Source: Candidatus Woesearchaeota archaeon (GTDB lineage Archaea; Nanobdellota; Nanobdellia; Woesearchaeales; SKGA01). Taken from it: a stretch of 64,000 bases of DNA. Below are positions 37,705 to 48,277 of the stretch, piece after piece (position 1 is the stretch's first letter; each line of letters starts with the position of its first letter). The position numbers and the translations under genes were made by a program. The stretch is taken from assembly GCA_016926395.1 (NCBI GenBank), contig JAFGOT010000010.1:13081-77080 (forward strand). The letters are read 5' to 3'. Below the pieces are notes generated by a model that searched no databases, had not been told where the DNA came from, and worked only from the letters and a program-made list of their open reading frames with translations.

Positions 37705-39801
37705 TTATTTTTTAATAACTTCTAAGTCTTCAGAACCTTTTTTTCTAGATTCTTCAAATTTCGAAAATCCAACCACTAATCCACCAATTAAAGGAATGAA
37801 CAATAAAGGCAAAAGCGTTCTCCAGTCAAAATCAGGTTTTACATCATCTGATAAAAGAATGGTGTTCCCTGTTAGACTAACATTTTTCTCAACTCTATAA
37901 GAAAGTTCCACAGGTTCGTCAACGTTTTCTAAATGCCACATTATAACAGGATCGTCTTCCAATATTATAGGTTGTATGCTATAAATTAAATCTTGAGCAC
38001 TCAAAGCTACTTCTTTTGGAATTACTTCAACAACATCTATACTGGTTTGATTTTGAATTGGCTCTACACGTATAACCACTTTTGTTGAGATATCTTCTTG
38101 AGTTTTTTCTGATTTTTTTTCTTCTTGTTCATAAACTACTTTTTTCTGAATACGGACTTTTTCATTTGCTTTCTCTTGCTGTTGGTTTATGTTTGTTTTT
38201 AGAACTTTTTCTCTTTGGAGTATTTTTGTTAAGTCATCTCTTGATTGGTTTGTTAAATTTACACTTGGTGTTTCTATTTTTGATTCTGTTATTTGCGTAA
38301 AATTTCGTGGTTCATTTGTTTCAATTCGTATGATTTTTTCTGGTTGTTTAGCTACTAGCTGTGTTGCTTTTTCAGGAATTTTAACTTTTTCTTTCAAGGT
38401 ATCACCAAATCGTTCAACAGAATACTTTGAAAGGTTTGTTTTGTTAGCTAACGTTTTTTCTTGAGTAGGTAATTGTTTTATTAAATATAACGTGCTATTA
38501 TCGTCAGTTATTTTAACAGGAGTTGAAATAATTGTAGAATTTTGAGTTGTGTTATTGGTTATGTTTTCAAAAGTTAAATCATCGTTTGTTGTATTAATTG
38601 TAGAGTCATCGTCTTGTGTCTCGTTCGTTATATTAGTAGTTGAATTAATTTCAGTTGGATTTATTGTTGTGTTAACAACGCAAACACCATTACAAATAAA
38701 ATCTTCTTTACAATAATACATTTGATTATCGCAAAATTCTCCAGCACCAACAATCACCGGTTGAGAGTTGGTAAGGCTTAACTCGCAAACACCATTTAAG
38801 CATGCTAAGTTATCACCATCACATTTATAATTCTGGTTATTACAATATTCTCCAAGACCCACATAAAAAATATTATCAACTAAATTTTTACAAATATAAT
38901 CAGCGCCACATTCCAAACCAATCGCACAAACTTCATATTCTTCGTAACAAGATTCTCCATCGTTTTTTGTTATTAGTATATGTTTACAGATATTATCCCT
39001 ACAAATATACCCTGATTCACAAGGCAGACTTGTTGATGAGCATGCCAAACCTGCAAGAATGTATTTTGTTTTACAAACATTATTCATACACACTTGATTA
39101 ATAGCACACGAGGGACTGCAATAATCTAAAGGATAAACTTTCACTCCAAAAGTATTTATTTTTTCTCCTGAGAGGTACAAATTAAACAAAGTATCCTTTT
39201 GTATTGAACAATGAAAAATTTGCTCTTGAGTAATTTCATCAATATTATTTGTTTCAAAAGAACAAGCAGGATCTAAAGATAGTTCTCGTAACTCATCAGA
39301 TACTTGTCTTGTTTGAATGTTAAACTCTTTCCCTATAAAAACATATTCAGGGCTGTTTGTATCAACGGTTGTTTTTAGTGTCGTTTCAACAATTTGAACA
39401 GTAAAATGTATTATTTCTCCATTTATATTTCGAAGACCTATCTGCGAGTCTTCATTCAGATTTATTGCCCACCTAGCAACCACTCCATCCGCAGAGACGG
39501 CCATGGATTCAGGAGAATATGTCTTTCCATCTAAAGATGCAAGTTCAAAGTTATTTTTTGCACTTGCTCTTGGAGCAGATAAAGAAACTGTCAAAACATC
39601 CCCTTCGTTAAGAACTGTTAAATAAGTTAGAGTTAATTCGTTTTGACCAATAACCGGATCAATATATTTTACTACACTTTGCGTATAACCTTCAGTCTTT
39701 GTCGGGTTAGAATTAACAGTTATCAGTGCATTGACTAAAAACAATGTAAGTAGAAAAAAAAGTATAAAAAATAAAAATATAAAACTTTTTTTACGATTCA
39801 T
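37705..39801 (-). CDS. Membrane-anchored surface glycoprotein with Cys-rich repeats
   Basis: Signal peptide; about five G-x-x-C...C...C...C repeats; Thr/Asn-rich linker with many N-x-S/T sequons; C-terminal domain, TM and basic tail. Confidence 0.82.
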   Translation of the reverse strand: MNRKKSFIFLFFILFFLLTLFLVNALITVNSNPTKTEGYTQSVVKYIDPVIGQNELTLTYLTVLNEGDVLTVSLSAPRASAKNNFELASLDGKTYSPESMAVSADGVVARWAINLNEDSQIGLRNINGEIIHFTVQIVETTLKTTVDTNSPEYVFIGKEFNIQTRQVSDELRELSLDPACSFETNNIDEITQEQIFHCSIQKDTLFNLYLSGEKINTFGVKVYPLDYCSPSCAINQVCMNNVCKTKYILAGLACSSTSLPCESGYICRDNICKHILITKNDGESCYEEYEVCAIGLECGADYICKNLVDNIFYVGLGEYCNNQNYKCDGDNLACLNGVCELSLTNSQPVIVGAGEFCDNQMYYCKEDFICNGVCVVNTTINPTEINSTTNITNETQDDDSTINTTNDDLTFENITNNTTQNSTIISTPVKITDDNSTLYLIKQLPTQEKTLANKTNLSKYSVERFGDTLKEKVKIPEKATQLVAKQPEKIIRIETNEPRNFTQITESKIETPSVNLTNQSRDDLTKILQREKVLKTNINQQQEKANEKVRIQKKVVYEQEEKKSEKTQEDISTKVVIRVEPIQNQTSIDVVEVIPKEVALSAQDLIYSIQPIILEDDPVIMWHLENVDEPVELSYRVEKNVSLTGNTILLSDDVKPDFDWRTLLPLLFIPLIGGLVVGFSKFEESRKKGSEDLEVIKK

Positions 39802-40781
39802 TTTTTCTTCCTAGTATTAATAGTGCCAAAGTAAATTATAATCAAAACAACCAAAGGAATTAAGATTAAAGGCATCAATATTTTTTTTAAATCTGTTTTG
39901 TCTTGTTCATTAATTGCACCAACTAACAAAATGGTATTCCCTGTCAAATCTTCATCTACCAAACCTTCTTTTTCAATTTCATAAGATAATTCATCCGTGT
40001 TTGAATCTTCAATGTGCCACATTATTAATGGATCATTTTCAAGAATGGTTGGTTCAACTGAAAAATGAATTAAAGAAGCGTCTTGTGCAACAGATTTATC
40101 AATATTTTCTATAATATATATTTCGTTGTTCTTGGCATTATCTAACTTGAAAGTGGTTTTAGATTTTGTTATAATTAAATTTCCTTCATAAGTTAATACT
40201 TCTTTCTCGGTCTCTTTTGTTATTTTTGTCGTTTTAGCATTTTCTATCATTAAAGCAAATTCATCCTCAGATATATCAATTCCTTGTTCTGATAATTTTT
40301 CTCGTATTTCAAAAGAGTTTTCTGGTATTTCAATCGTTAAAGGAATTGTTTTTTCAACAACATTTCTATCCAATAAATCTCTTGCTTTTACATTTAAGGA
40401 AAAATTATTTTCGTATTCAATTTGATTATCTGATTTTATCGCAAAATCAAGATCTAAACTTTGCGTAGCATATATTGGCCATTCAAATATTAAATAAGAT
40501 TCATTTCCAGGAGCGTCATCTAAAGCATAAAAGTCTTTGTCAAGCTCAACACCATCCACGCTTAAAGTCAAATCACCATTAAAACCTGTTTTTGGGAAAA
40601 ACATCGCGCCAGCCACTATATTGCTCTTTTCTAATGTGGAATTTGGTATGCTCAAATATAATAAACCTGAATTAACAGATAATAAATCTCCATTTTCTAG
40701 GAAAAAATTGTAATCTAACGTTTGAGCCATAACTGCTGGCGCCAATAGAATAATCATCAATAATACAACTAACCGTCTCAT
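39798..40781 (-). CDS. Membrane-anchored surface protein sharing its C-terminal module with 37705..39801
   Basis: Signal peptide (VMA|Q); EPTILENDPLIMWHI...LTGNTILL; C-terminal TM and RKKK tail. Confidence 0.8.
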   Translation of the reverse strand: MRRLVVLLMIILLAPAVMAQTLDYNFFLENGDLLSVNSGLLYLSIPNSTLEKSNIVAGAMFFPKTGFNGDLTLSVDGVELDKDFYALDDAPGNESYLIFEWPIYATQSLDLDFAIKSDNQIEYENNFSLNVKARDLLDRNVVEKTIPLTIEIPENSFEIREKLSEQGIDISEDEFALMIENAKTTKITKETEKEVLTYEGNLIITKSKTTFKLDNAKNNEIYIIENIDKSVAQDASLIHFSVEPTILENDPLIMWHIEDSNTDELSYEIEKEGLVDEDLTGNTILLVGAINEQDKTDLKKILMPLILIPLVVLIIIYFGTINTRKKK

Positions 40782-40865
40782 TGTTATCTATTTGACAAAA
40801 AACGATTTATATAGTTTTCGTGTTTGTGAAAGTTTTTAAATGATAATATACAATATAAGGATATT

Positions 40866-42356
40866 ATGCTAAAAAAGAGGTTTGGTGATTGGAAAGTTGG
40901 CATTGAAGAAATTATTCTCTTTTTAATCATCATTCTTAACGTTTTTGATGCAATAGAACACCTTCCAAGCACATTAGATTACATTAAAAAAATAATTTCT
41001 TGGGCTGCTTTAGGATTTATTTTTTACAGAGCCAAACCTACGAAAATAATTTTTGGCACATATCAAAAAGGAATAGAAGATATCATGTTAATTTCAGGAT
41101 ATTTTCTAATTTTAATTAAAGATCTTGTTTCGTATGCAATGAGTTCTGTCAATGATGCTTCAAGCTTTCTTGTGCCTTTTTTTAATGCTTTAATTAAGAA
41201 CCAAAGCAGTATTGAGATTTTTGGTATTTACGCCGGAATGTTGCTTATTTTGGCCGTTAGTATCAACATGATTCTTAAACACCCTATAAGAGGCCCTAGC
41301 GTCATGCACATAATTCATGAAGACGGTCCTATTCCAAATAACTTCAAAGATTTTTTTCATAGATTATTAACTAGTTTTGCAGTCCTTGTTGCTTTTTATT
41401 TGATTGTGTTTAATTTAGTTATGGAGTGGCTCGCTATTGCAATTGATGCTCCATTACTTATGATTGCTCTTGGAACATACATTTTTTTTATTATCAAACA
41501 TCGAGAAAAATTCAATTCTCGTTCTTTTTTATCCAAATTTGGTGATTTTGGAAGTTCGTTCTATGAGGATGTAATAAAGCATTTTACGTATAAAAAAACA
41601 ATTTTAAGGGCTTTATTTGCGATGTTAGTTTTGCATATTGCTACTGAATCACTTCATTTTATTTGGCCTTACGTTTTTGGCGTTGCAGATTCTCTTTATT
41701 TTGGCCTTTTAAGTTCTCCTCATCTTTCAATGTTTCAAGTTTTTGCCTTAGACTCCATTGCAACAGATTTCCTTGGAAATGCACTTTTGTTTGTCACAAT
41801 AGCTGGCAACATAATAGCCATCTTATTCTTGCTTTTAGCTCCTGGCTATTTGTGGTATTTAATTTACAAAAATAAGAAATTTACTCTTAGTAAAATGCAG
41901 ATAGGTATTTTAATTTCATCTTTATTAATGTTTATCCTTTCTCCCGCATTTAAGATTCGACCTTTAACTAACGAAGCGCTTATTGGGGTTAATATTTCAG
42001 GTCATTCAATTGTTCAAAACTCAATTATCGGCATTCCAGCCACTGTTTTAATTGCTTTATCAGTGGGCCTAATTTGTGCACTATTGTCAACAGATATCTC
42101 CAAAGAAAAAAAGATTATGAGGCTAATAACGATTGTTACTCAGATTTTTTTCACAATATACATTGCTTTGTTTACATATTCAATAAGCAATTATTATATT
42201 CAATCGATTATTTATTTAAGTACAATCAAAAAATATGTTCTTTTGATAATATTTGCATTATTTTTTATTATCACAGTCTTATTTTATTTGTTTGGAACGA
42301 TTGGATTTATCAAAGATACATCCGCTCACGCTAAAGAGCATTTGACAGCCAAATAA
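40866..42356 (+). CDS. Polytopic membrane protein, unknown function
   Basis: 496 aa with more than 10 hydrophobic segments. Confidence 0.8.
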   Translation: MLKKRFGDWKVGIEEIILFLIIILNVFDAIEHLPSTLDYIKKIISWAALGFIFYRAKPTKIIFGTYQKGIEDIMLISGYFLILIKDLVSYAMSSVNDASSFLVPFFNALIKNQSSIEIFGIYAGMLLILAVSINMILKHPIRGPSVMHIIHEDGPIPNNFKDFFHRLLTSFAVLVAFYLIVFNLVMEWLAIAIDAPLLMIALGTYIFFIIKHREKFNSRSFLSKFGDFGSSFYEDVIKHFTYKKTILRALFAMLVLHIATESLHFIWPYVFGVADSLYFGLLSSPHLSMFQVFALDSIATDFLGNALLFVTIAGNIIAILFLLLAPGYLWYLIYKNKKFTLSKMQIGILISSLLMFILSPAFKIRPLTNEALIGVNISGHSIVQNSIIGIPATVLIALSVGLICALLSTDISKEKKIMRLITIVTQIFFTIYIALFTYSISNYYIQSIIYLSTIKKYVLLIIFALFFIITVLFYLFGTIGFIKDTSAHAKEHLTAK

Positions 42357-42394
42357 ATAGTTTTTTTAATAAGTAAGTAGTTTTAATAAACAAA

Positions 42395-43027
42395 ATGAAC
42401 GACCAAGTTAATATAATTGAGCTTAACGATGCTAGTTCTCTTGCTAAGATTATTTCCAGTAAAACCGCTCAAGAAATCATAAAATTCATTGGAGATAATG
42501 AAAAATGCACCGCTACAGATATTAAAGAAAAATTGAATCTCCCAGCATCCACCGTCCATTACAACCTTAAAGCATTAATTGATAGCAAAATTATTGATGA
42601 CTCAGAATTCTCCTACAGTTCTAAAGGAAAACAAGTTATTCATTATTCTTTAACAAATAAAATATTGATTATTGTTCCGCAAAAACAAAATATTTCTGCT
42701 CAACTAAAAGCATTCATCCCCGGTCTTCTTACAGTAGGAGGGATTATTGGATTATCATTAATCATAAAACTTTTCAAAAATGGAAGTAGTAAACTAGTTC
42801 TTAGCGAATCAAGCAGCGATTTAATGGTTGCAACAATGAATGAAGCAGGATTAGCTAAGGCTGCTCCAATGATGGCTGACATGTCCGTCCAGAGTATTAC
42901 CACTAATTCTGTTCCGTGGTATTTTAGTAGCGAATTTCTAATTGGACTTATTGTTGCTAGTGCTTGTTTAGTTGGAACATACATGTTGTTTAAGTTCATC
43001 CAGAAAAAAAGAAGAACTCATCAATAA
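42395..43027 (+). CDS. ArsR-like winged-HTH regulator with C-terminal TM helices
   Basis: TATDIKEKLNLPASTVHYNLKALIDSKII HTH; two hydrophobic segments follow. Confidence 0.82.
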   Translation: MNDQVNIIELNDASSLAKIISSKTAQEIIKFIGDNEKCTATDIKEKLNLPASTVHYNLKALIDSKIIDDSEFSYSSKGKQVIHYSLTNKILIIVPQKQNISAQLKAFIPGLLTVGGIIGLSLIIKLFKNGSSKLVLSESSSDLMVATMNEAGLAKAAPMMADMSVQSITTNSVPWYFSSEFLIGLIVASACLVGTYMLFKFIQKKRRTHQ

Positions 43028-43072
43028 GTGGGAACATCAAATTTATAAACCAATTATTCTCCTTTTACATGT

Positions 43073-44047
43073 ATGCAAGAGCCAGTATTCAAAGTCAGAG
43101 GAGTCAGTAAAGCGTTTAATGAACACGTGGTTCTTGACAACATTGACTTAGATATTTATTCTGGCGAAATTATTGGCATAATTGGTGCTAGTGGCGCAGG
43201 TAAAACCACTTTTCTTAACACCCTAATCGGTTTCTTAAGACCTGATAAAGGCGACATTCAATTCCGTTTAAATCATCTTCTAGCATATAAAAATTCATAT
43301 ATTTACAGATCCGTTTTCAAAAAGCAATCTCTTGTTAAACAAGTTTATGGCTTTGCATCACAAGTTCCATCGTTTTATGATGATTTAACTACAAAGGAAA
43401 ATCTTGAGTATTTTGGTCTTTTATACAATCTTTCAAGAGACGCGATTAAATCAAATGCAGAAACACTCCTAAACTTAATGGACTTAAAAGATGCATCTAA
43501 TACTCTTGCAAAAAATCTTTCGGGTGGAATGGAGCGACGTCTTGACATCGCCTGTGCTTTAATGCACGACCCAGATGTTCTGATTCTTGACGAACCAACA
43601 GCCGATCTTGATCCTATGCTTAGAAATCACATCTGGCAGCTAGTTAGAAAAATCAATCAAAAAGGAACCACAATAATTTTATCAAGCCACCATTTAAGTG
43701 AACTTGAAGCTTTATGTAATAGAGTCGCAATAATAAAAGACAGTAAAATTCTTGCTGTTGGCAAACCAGAAGAGATAAAAAAACAATTCATGGTTGAAAA
43801 GGAAATTATCTTACAAACCAACCCCGGAGATTACAAAAAAATTGTTAAAGAACTTTCTAAAAAAGATATTTCTAGAATACGAATTTCAAATCACACCCTT
43901 CATATTCATTCAAGCAAACCGGAACACGTAATGCTTGATGTAATGACTACTCTTAAAAAAAGTAAAGAAGATCTCACATTCATTAATGTTACTAGCGCAT
44001 CTCTAGATGATGTCTTCATATCTATCTGGGAGGATAAAGAAGAATGA
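43073..44047 (+). CDS. ABC transporter ATP-binding protein (exporter type)
   Basis: GASGAGKT, LSGGMERR, ILDEPTADLD, SSH. Confidence 0.95.
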   Translation: MQEPVFKVRGVSKAFNEHVVLDNIDLDIYSGEIIGIIGASGAGKTTFLNTLIGFLRPDKGDIQFRLNHLLAYKNSYIYRSVFKKQSLVKQVYGFASQVPSFYDDLTTKENLEYFGLLYNLSRDAIKSNAETLLNLMDLKDASNTLAKNLSGGMERRLDIACALMHDPDVLILDEPTADLDPMLRNHIWQLVRKINQKGTTIILSSHHLSELEALCNRVAIIKDSKILAVGKPEEIKKQFMVEKEIILQTNPGDYKKIVKELSKKDISRIRISNHTLHIHSSKPEHVMLDVMTTLKKSKEDLTFINVTSASLDDVFISIWEDKEE

Positions 44048-46047
44048 AATTTTTTAGGACCATAGCAAAAAATTTCAGAGTTTTATTCAGACTCAAAACC
44101 GCTTTAGTTGCAATAGTTTTTGGTCCTTTATTTGTTATATTCTTAATTGGATTTGCATTTAACTCATCTAACGCAATTCAGTTAACAGTTGGTTATCATG
44201 CTCCAGATAACAGTCAATTAACAACCGATTTTATCTCCTCTTTAGATAATAAATACACAACCAAGAGTTTTGAAATTGAACGTGATTGTCTTAAAGAACT
44301 AGAACATGGTTTAGTTCACACATGTATATTCTTTCCACCTAATTTCGAAATCACACAAGGAAAAGAAAACAATGTAACCTTCGTTGTCGATAAGTCAAGA
44401 GTTAATCTTGCATATACAGTTATTGAAGGTGTTTCAGAACAAATCGGCATTAAAACGGATGAATTAAGTAAAAGCCTTACTGAAACCCTTACATCAACTT
44501 TGACAAAAACTGGCACTGTTGTTGATAGCACCATTGGTTCTCTTATTAAAATTAAAAAGGATATGAATGATAATGTCAATGATGCTAAAGTTATTAGTGA
44601 TGATTTAAATGAAATAAAACTTGAAGTTAAAGATTTCTCATTTACAGGAACTTCAGAAATAGCCTCCATAGATAATAGTTTAGACGATATTCAAGATGAA
44701 GTCGAAACAGTTCTTAAAGAAATAAACACCACCATAAATTCATTAAACACGACAGATTCAAAATCAGGAATAATTTCTGCAATAAATGATCTAAATGAAT
44801 TTGTGTTTACAGAATATAATGATTCCACAACACGTCTTTCTAATTTAACAACCAAAATATCTGCTGTTCAAACAGAGTTAAATACTGTTGAAGACCAAAT
44901 TAAAACAGCTAAAGAAAACACAGACAATAGTCGTGAGAAAATAGATGCTCTTAGAACACGCCTTAATAGTATTAATTCAGAAGTTGATGGAGTAAAGTCA
45001 AACCTTGAATCTCTTTCAAGAGATGTTAGTTCTATTGAAATAACTTCAAGTGATCAAATTGTTAATCCTATCAACACAAAAATTGAAACTATAAGTTCAG
45101 ATAATAACCAACTTATTTCTCTTCTTCCATATCTTTTAATGTTGATAATTATGTTTGTTGGTTTAATGCTTGCTAGCACATTGGTTGTTGTTGAAAAGTC
45201 AAGTAGGGCTTCATTTAGAGTATTTACGACTCCTACAAAAGATGAATTTTTTATCCTTACAACTTTTGTTACTGCATTTATCATAGTTATTGCGCAGTTA
45301 GCAATTATTCTTCTAGCAGTTTCTTATTTCTTAATTGATGTTTTCACTGCAAACATTGGACTTAACATATTGATTCTTGTTCTTGCAACAAGTATATTCA
45401 TCATGCTTGGTATGGCTATTGGTTATCTAATAAAATCACAACAAGGAGCAAATATGACAAGCATAAGCATAGGTGCTCTTCTTTTGATGCTTTCCAACTT
45501 TGTCCTTCCTGTAGAAAGTATTGTTCCTGGACTTAGGTTTATTGCAGAATATAATCCGTATGTTCTTGCTTCAGAAACATTTAGACGAGCAACAATATTT
45601 TCTATGCCTCTTAATGAAATGCTTTTTGAAATAGGCGTTCTGTTTGCTTTCACAGTAGTTATTTTCATACTAATAGTTATATTCCAAAAACTTGCTAAAG
45701 CACGTTATTTCAACAAAAATCAACATGCAAAAGCTAAAAAAATAGAAGAGAAAAAAGGTCTTTGGATAAAAAACGTTCTTGTAAATAATGAACTTGAATT
45801 TATAGAAGAAGTTAATAAATTAAGTAAAGAGGGGTATCATCAATTTATTAGAAAGAATAGTATTAAAGTAGGAAAATTCATTAAAAAAGAACTTAACAAA
45901 CCTCAGATTGCAAAGAGAGTTCGAAAGTTAAGTCAGAAAGAATTGTTAAATGTTATTGTAAAAGATAAACAAGATATTCTAGCAGAAATTAAAAAGAAAC
46001 ACGAACAACGTATGAAAGAACAAAAATCAAATTATCATAAAGATTAA
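44044..46047 (+). CDS. ABC-2 type permease with long extracellular coiled coil (YhgE/Pip-like architecture)
   Basis: N-terminal TM, ~300-aa heptad region, about 6 C-terminal TMs (YNPYVLASETFR), basic cytoplasmic tail. Confidence 0.85.
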   Translation: MKFFRTIAKNFRVLFRLKTALVAIVFGPLFVIFLIGFAFNSSNAIQLTVGYHAPDNSQLTTDFISSLDNKYTTKSFEIERDCLKELEHGLVHTCIFFPPNFEITQGKENNVTFVVDKSRVNLAYTVIEGVSEQIGIKTDELSKSLTETLTSTLTKTGTVVDSTIGSLIKIKKDMNDNVNDAKVISDDLNEIKLEVKDFSFTGTSEIASIDNSLDDIQDEVETVLKEINTTINSLNTTDSKSGIISAINDLNEFVFTEYNDSTTRLSNLTTKISAVQTELNTVEDQIKTAKENTDNSREKIDALRTRLNSINSEVDGVKSNLESLSRDVSSIEITSSDQIVNPINTKIETISSDNNQLISLLPYLLMLIIMFVGLMLASTLVVVEKSSRASFRVFTTPTKDEFFILTTFVTAFIIVIAQLAIILLAVSYFLIDVFTANIGLNILILVLATSIFIMLGMAIGYLIKSQQGANMTSISIGALLLMLSNFVLPVESIVPGLRFIAEYNPYVLASETFRRATIFSMPLNEMLFEIGVLFAFTVVIFILIVIFQKLAKARYFNKNQHAKAKKIEEKKGLWIKNVLVNNELEFIEEVNKLSKEGYHQFIRKNSIKVGKFIKKELNKPQIAKRVRKLSQKELLNVIVKDKQDILAEIKKKHEQRMKEQKSNYHKD

Positions 46048-46467
46048 ACTTGCAACTAACAATACTAAATAAAAAACGTGTTCTGTAATGCTCCCAACTT
46101 TTATAGGTCCTTGTATTTTAAATCCAAGAATATGAATTCCTTCTTTAGTTATTGCATCCATAACTATGTGAAGGGTAAATCCAGATGCAAAAACAATCCC
46201 TGCTATTGGTTTAAATAATAATCCTAAGAGTAAAGAAAATAAAACTAAAGCAAATATGGAGTGAAAGAAACCTCTGTGTTTAAAGATAAAGGAAATTATT
46301 TTTATTTTTCGTCCTAAAATTGATCTGGCACTATCTACATCAGGAAATAAAGAACCTATTACAAAAAGAAATAACAAGAATACATTTGTAATACTATCAT
46401 AAGAATAAATTGAAAAAAATAAAACAGCCAAAAATACCGCTGCGGCTAAATGTGTTCTTCCAAGCAT
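46027..46467 (-). CDS. Membrane-bound metal-dependent hydrolase (YdjM-like)
   Basis: GRTH, GSLFPDVD, HRGFFHS, LHIVMDAIT motifs. Confidence 0.88.
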   Translation of the reverse strand: MLGRTHLAAAVFLAVLFFSIYSYDSITNVFLLFLFVIGSLFPDVDSARSILGRKIKIISFIFKHRGFFHSIFALVLFSLLLGLLFKPIAGIVFASGFTLHIVMDAITKEGIHILGFKIQGPIKVGSITEHVFYLVLLVASLIFMII

Positions 46468-47588
46468 TATAAATCGCCATCAATATCATCGATTGAAAGT
46501 AATTCTTCATCATCTTCAGATATTAATTCTTCAGTCACATTGGTTGCAGATAAATCTTCTTTTTTACTTGATTCTTCCACAGGCCTTTTATTATCTTCTC
46601 GCGGAGAAGATTTTATTTCTGGTTGAGGATTTCTATTAACATTATACAATACTAGTTCGTTGTTGTTATATGTCTCGTTGTGTTTTACTCTTGCTCTCGC
46701 AGTAATTATTCTTCCTAAAAGGTCGGTTTTTACCTCTTCCAACAATGAAGAATCATCTTTTAGTTTTAGAACTTCTTCTTCAGATTTTTCTAATAGTTGA
46801 TTTATTTGCTCTTTCCAAAGAGATGCTCGTAAGTTATCAGTCCCATCATCTAGAAAAAGATTCATAACATAATTGTAAGCCACAGTTTGTTGTTCCCCAT
46901 GTTCTGCGCAAGTAAATACGTCTAATTCTTGTCGCATTCGTTTATTACATGTAGGACACACTTCAAAGAAACGAGGATCATAAACTTGAACTATTGTGGC
47001 CGTAATACTAACAAATGCATCATCGGAAGTTATTTCATTTAATTTTTTAGCAGGAGTTTCAGGAACTTGATTTTCTGTTCTTTCCATCACGTCAACGGTT
47101 CTTCCCGGAGGATTTATCACGCAATGAGATGAGTTGCCCATATGTAATTCAATATATCCTTGTTGGTTTTCTTTTGAGTATGCTGATTGGACTTCAACAA
47201 CATCTCCTTCATTTAGTTTTTCAAAGTATGCTGTTTTTTCATTCCAAAATGTTAATCTCATGTTTTTTGTTTCATCACCAATTAGAACGTTTGCAACTTT
47301 TCCAGATTTATCTTCACCAAATGTTCTAAGTTCATACTTTTTTACAACTTTACCAAGAACAGTAACATTTTTCATTCCAGCTAAGACATCCTTTAGTTTC
47401 ATGTCTGTGCTTGGAGCAGAACCAAGCTGCAATCCTAGTTCATTAGCAATTATGTGTAAAGCGCCATCTTCAGATATTAATCCGCCAAGGGAAGAAAGTT
47501 TTGCGCTAACCTTTTTATCTAGGTCTTCTTTTGTGATTTTTCCAGTTTGAAGAATTTTATCTACAAGTACTTGTGTATCAGTCATCAT
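46467..47588 (-). CDS. rpa: Replication protein A (OB-fold ssDNA-binding protein with Zn finger)
   Basis: GLISEDGALHIIANELG, OB fold KVANVLIGDETKNMRLTFWN, CPTC...CAEH. Confidence 0.9.
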   Translation of the reverse strand: MMTDTQVLVDKILQTGKITKEDLDKKVSAKLSSLGGLISEDGALHIIANELGLQLGSAPSTDMKLKDVLAGMKNVTVLGKVVKKYELRTFGEDKSGKVANVLIGDETKNMRLTFWNEKTAYFEKLNEGDVVEVQSAYSKENQQGYIELHMGNSSHCVINPPGRTVDVMERTENQVPETPAKKLNEITSDDAFVSITATIVQVYDPRFFEVCPTCNKRMRQELDVFTCAEHGEQQTVAYNYVMNLFLDDGTDNLRASLWKEQINQLLEKSEEEVLKLKDDSSLLEEVKTDLLGRIITARARVKHNETYNNNELVLYNVNRNPQPEIKSSPREDNKRPVEESSKKEDLSATNVTEELISEDDEELLSIDDIDGDL

Positions 47589-47676
47589 AATTACCCCAAT
47601 ACCTCTATAAGGTTTAATATTGTTAAGCTTATGTAATTATGGGTTGTTTTTAAGTCTTGTGCCTTGGTGAACAGTG

Positions 47677-48276
47677 CTATTTTTTATTTAAAAGCTTATT
47701 TATAAAGGCCGAGTCGTACCCTCGCTTGATTAAAAGGTCTTCCAACTGGTTCTCAGTGTATCCTCGTTTTCTTAAATTATTAATATAAGGACTTAAGCTG
47801 ATTATTTGTTTTTTTTCATCACGCAAAATAGCTAGTTTGTGAGCTATAACCAAAACAACAACAATCAAAATCAAAATAATTCCAAAGATACTAGCAAAGA
47901 GAATCCAATTATTGCTAGGAATATTTCTTTCCTCATTTCGGGGCTCATCAGATATAACGACAATTTCTGTTTGAAAATCAAGATTCGTGTTGTTTTTTTC
48001 TTCTAAAGAAATGTTGTTTTTATTTGAAGCAGATTCGTTAACAACTAAAACAGCAGTATCAACTGCATTATATTCATCTCCAAAATCGCCCTCACAATAA
48101 AGATAATAGTCATCGCCCACCAAATCATAGTAATTTTCTGGATCATCTAAACAAAATGATTGGTTCCATTCCATCAGCTCCCCATTTAATGTTTGAACTT
48201 CAAAGGAATTAACAGAGTGAAAAGACAAAATTAACATAATAAAATAGACTAATCCGAAAAAATATTTTGTTTTCAT
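47677..48276 (-). CDS. Secreted membrane-anchored protein, last gene of the pilin/hydrolase run
   Basis: Signal peptide, acidic ectodomain, TM, cytoplasmic YI...GY...L...GY helical tail; ATG lies 1 bp after the hydrolase stop. Confidence 0.75.
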   Translation of the reverse strand: MKTKYFFGLVYFIMLILSFHSVNSFEVQTLNGELMEWNQSFCLDDPENYYDLVGDDYYLYCEGDFGDEYNAVDTAVLVVNESASNKNNISLEEKNNTNLDFQTEIVVISDEPRNEERNIPSNNWILFASIFGIILILIVVVLVIAHKLAILRDEKKQIISLSPYINNLRKRGYTENQLEDLLIKRGYDSAFINKLLNKK

Positions 48277-48277
48277 T

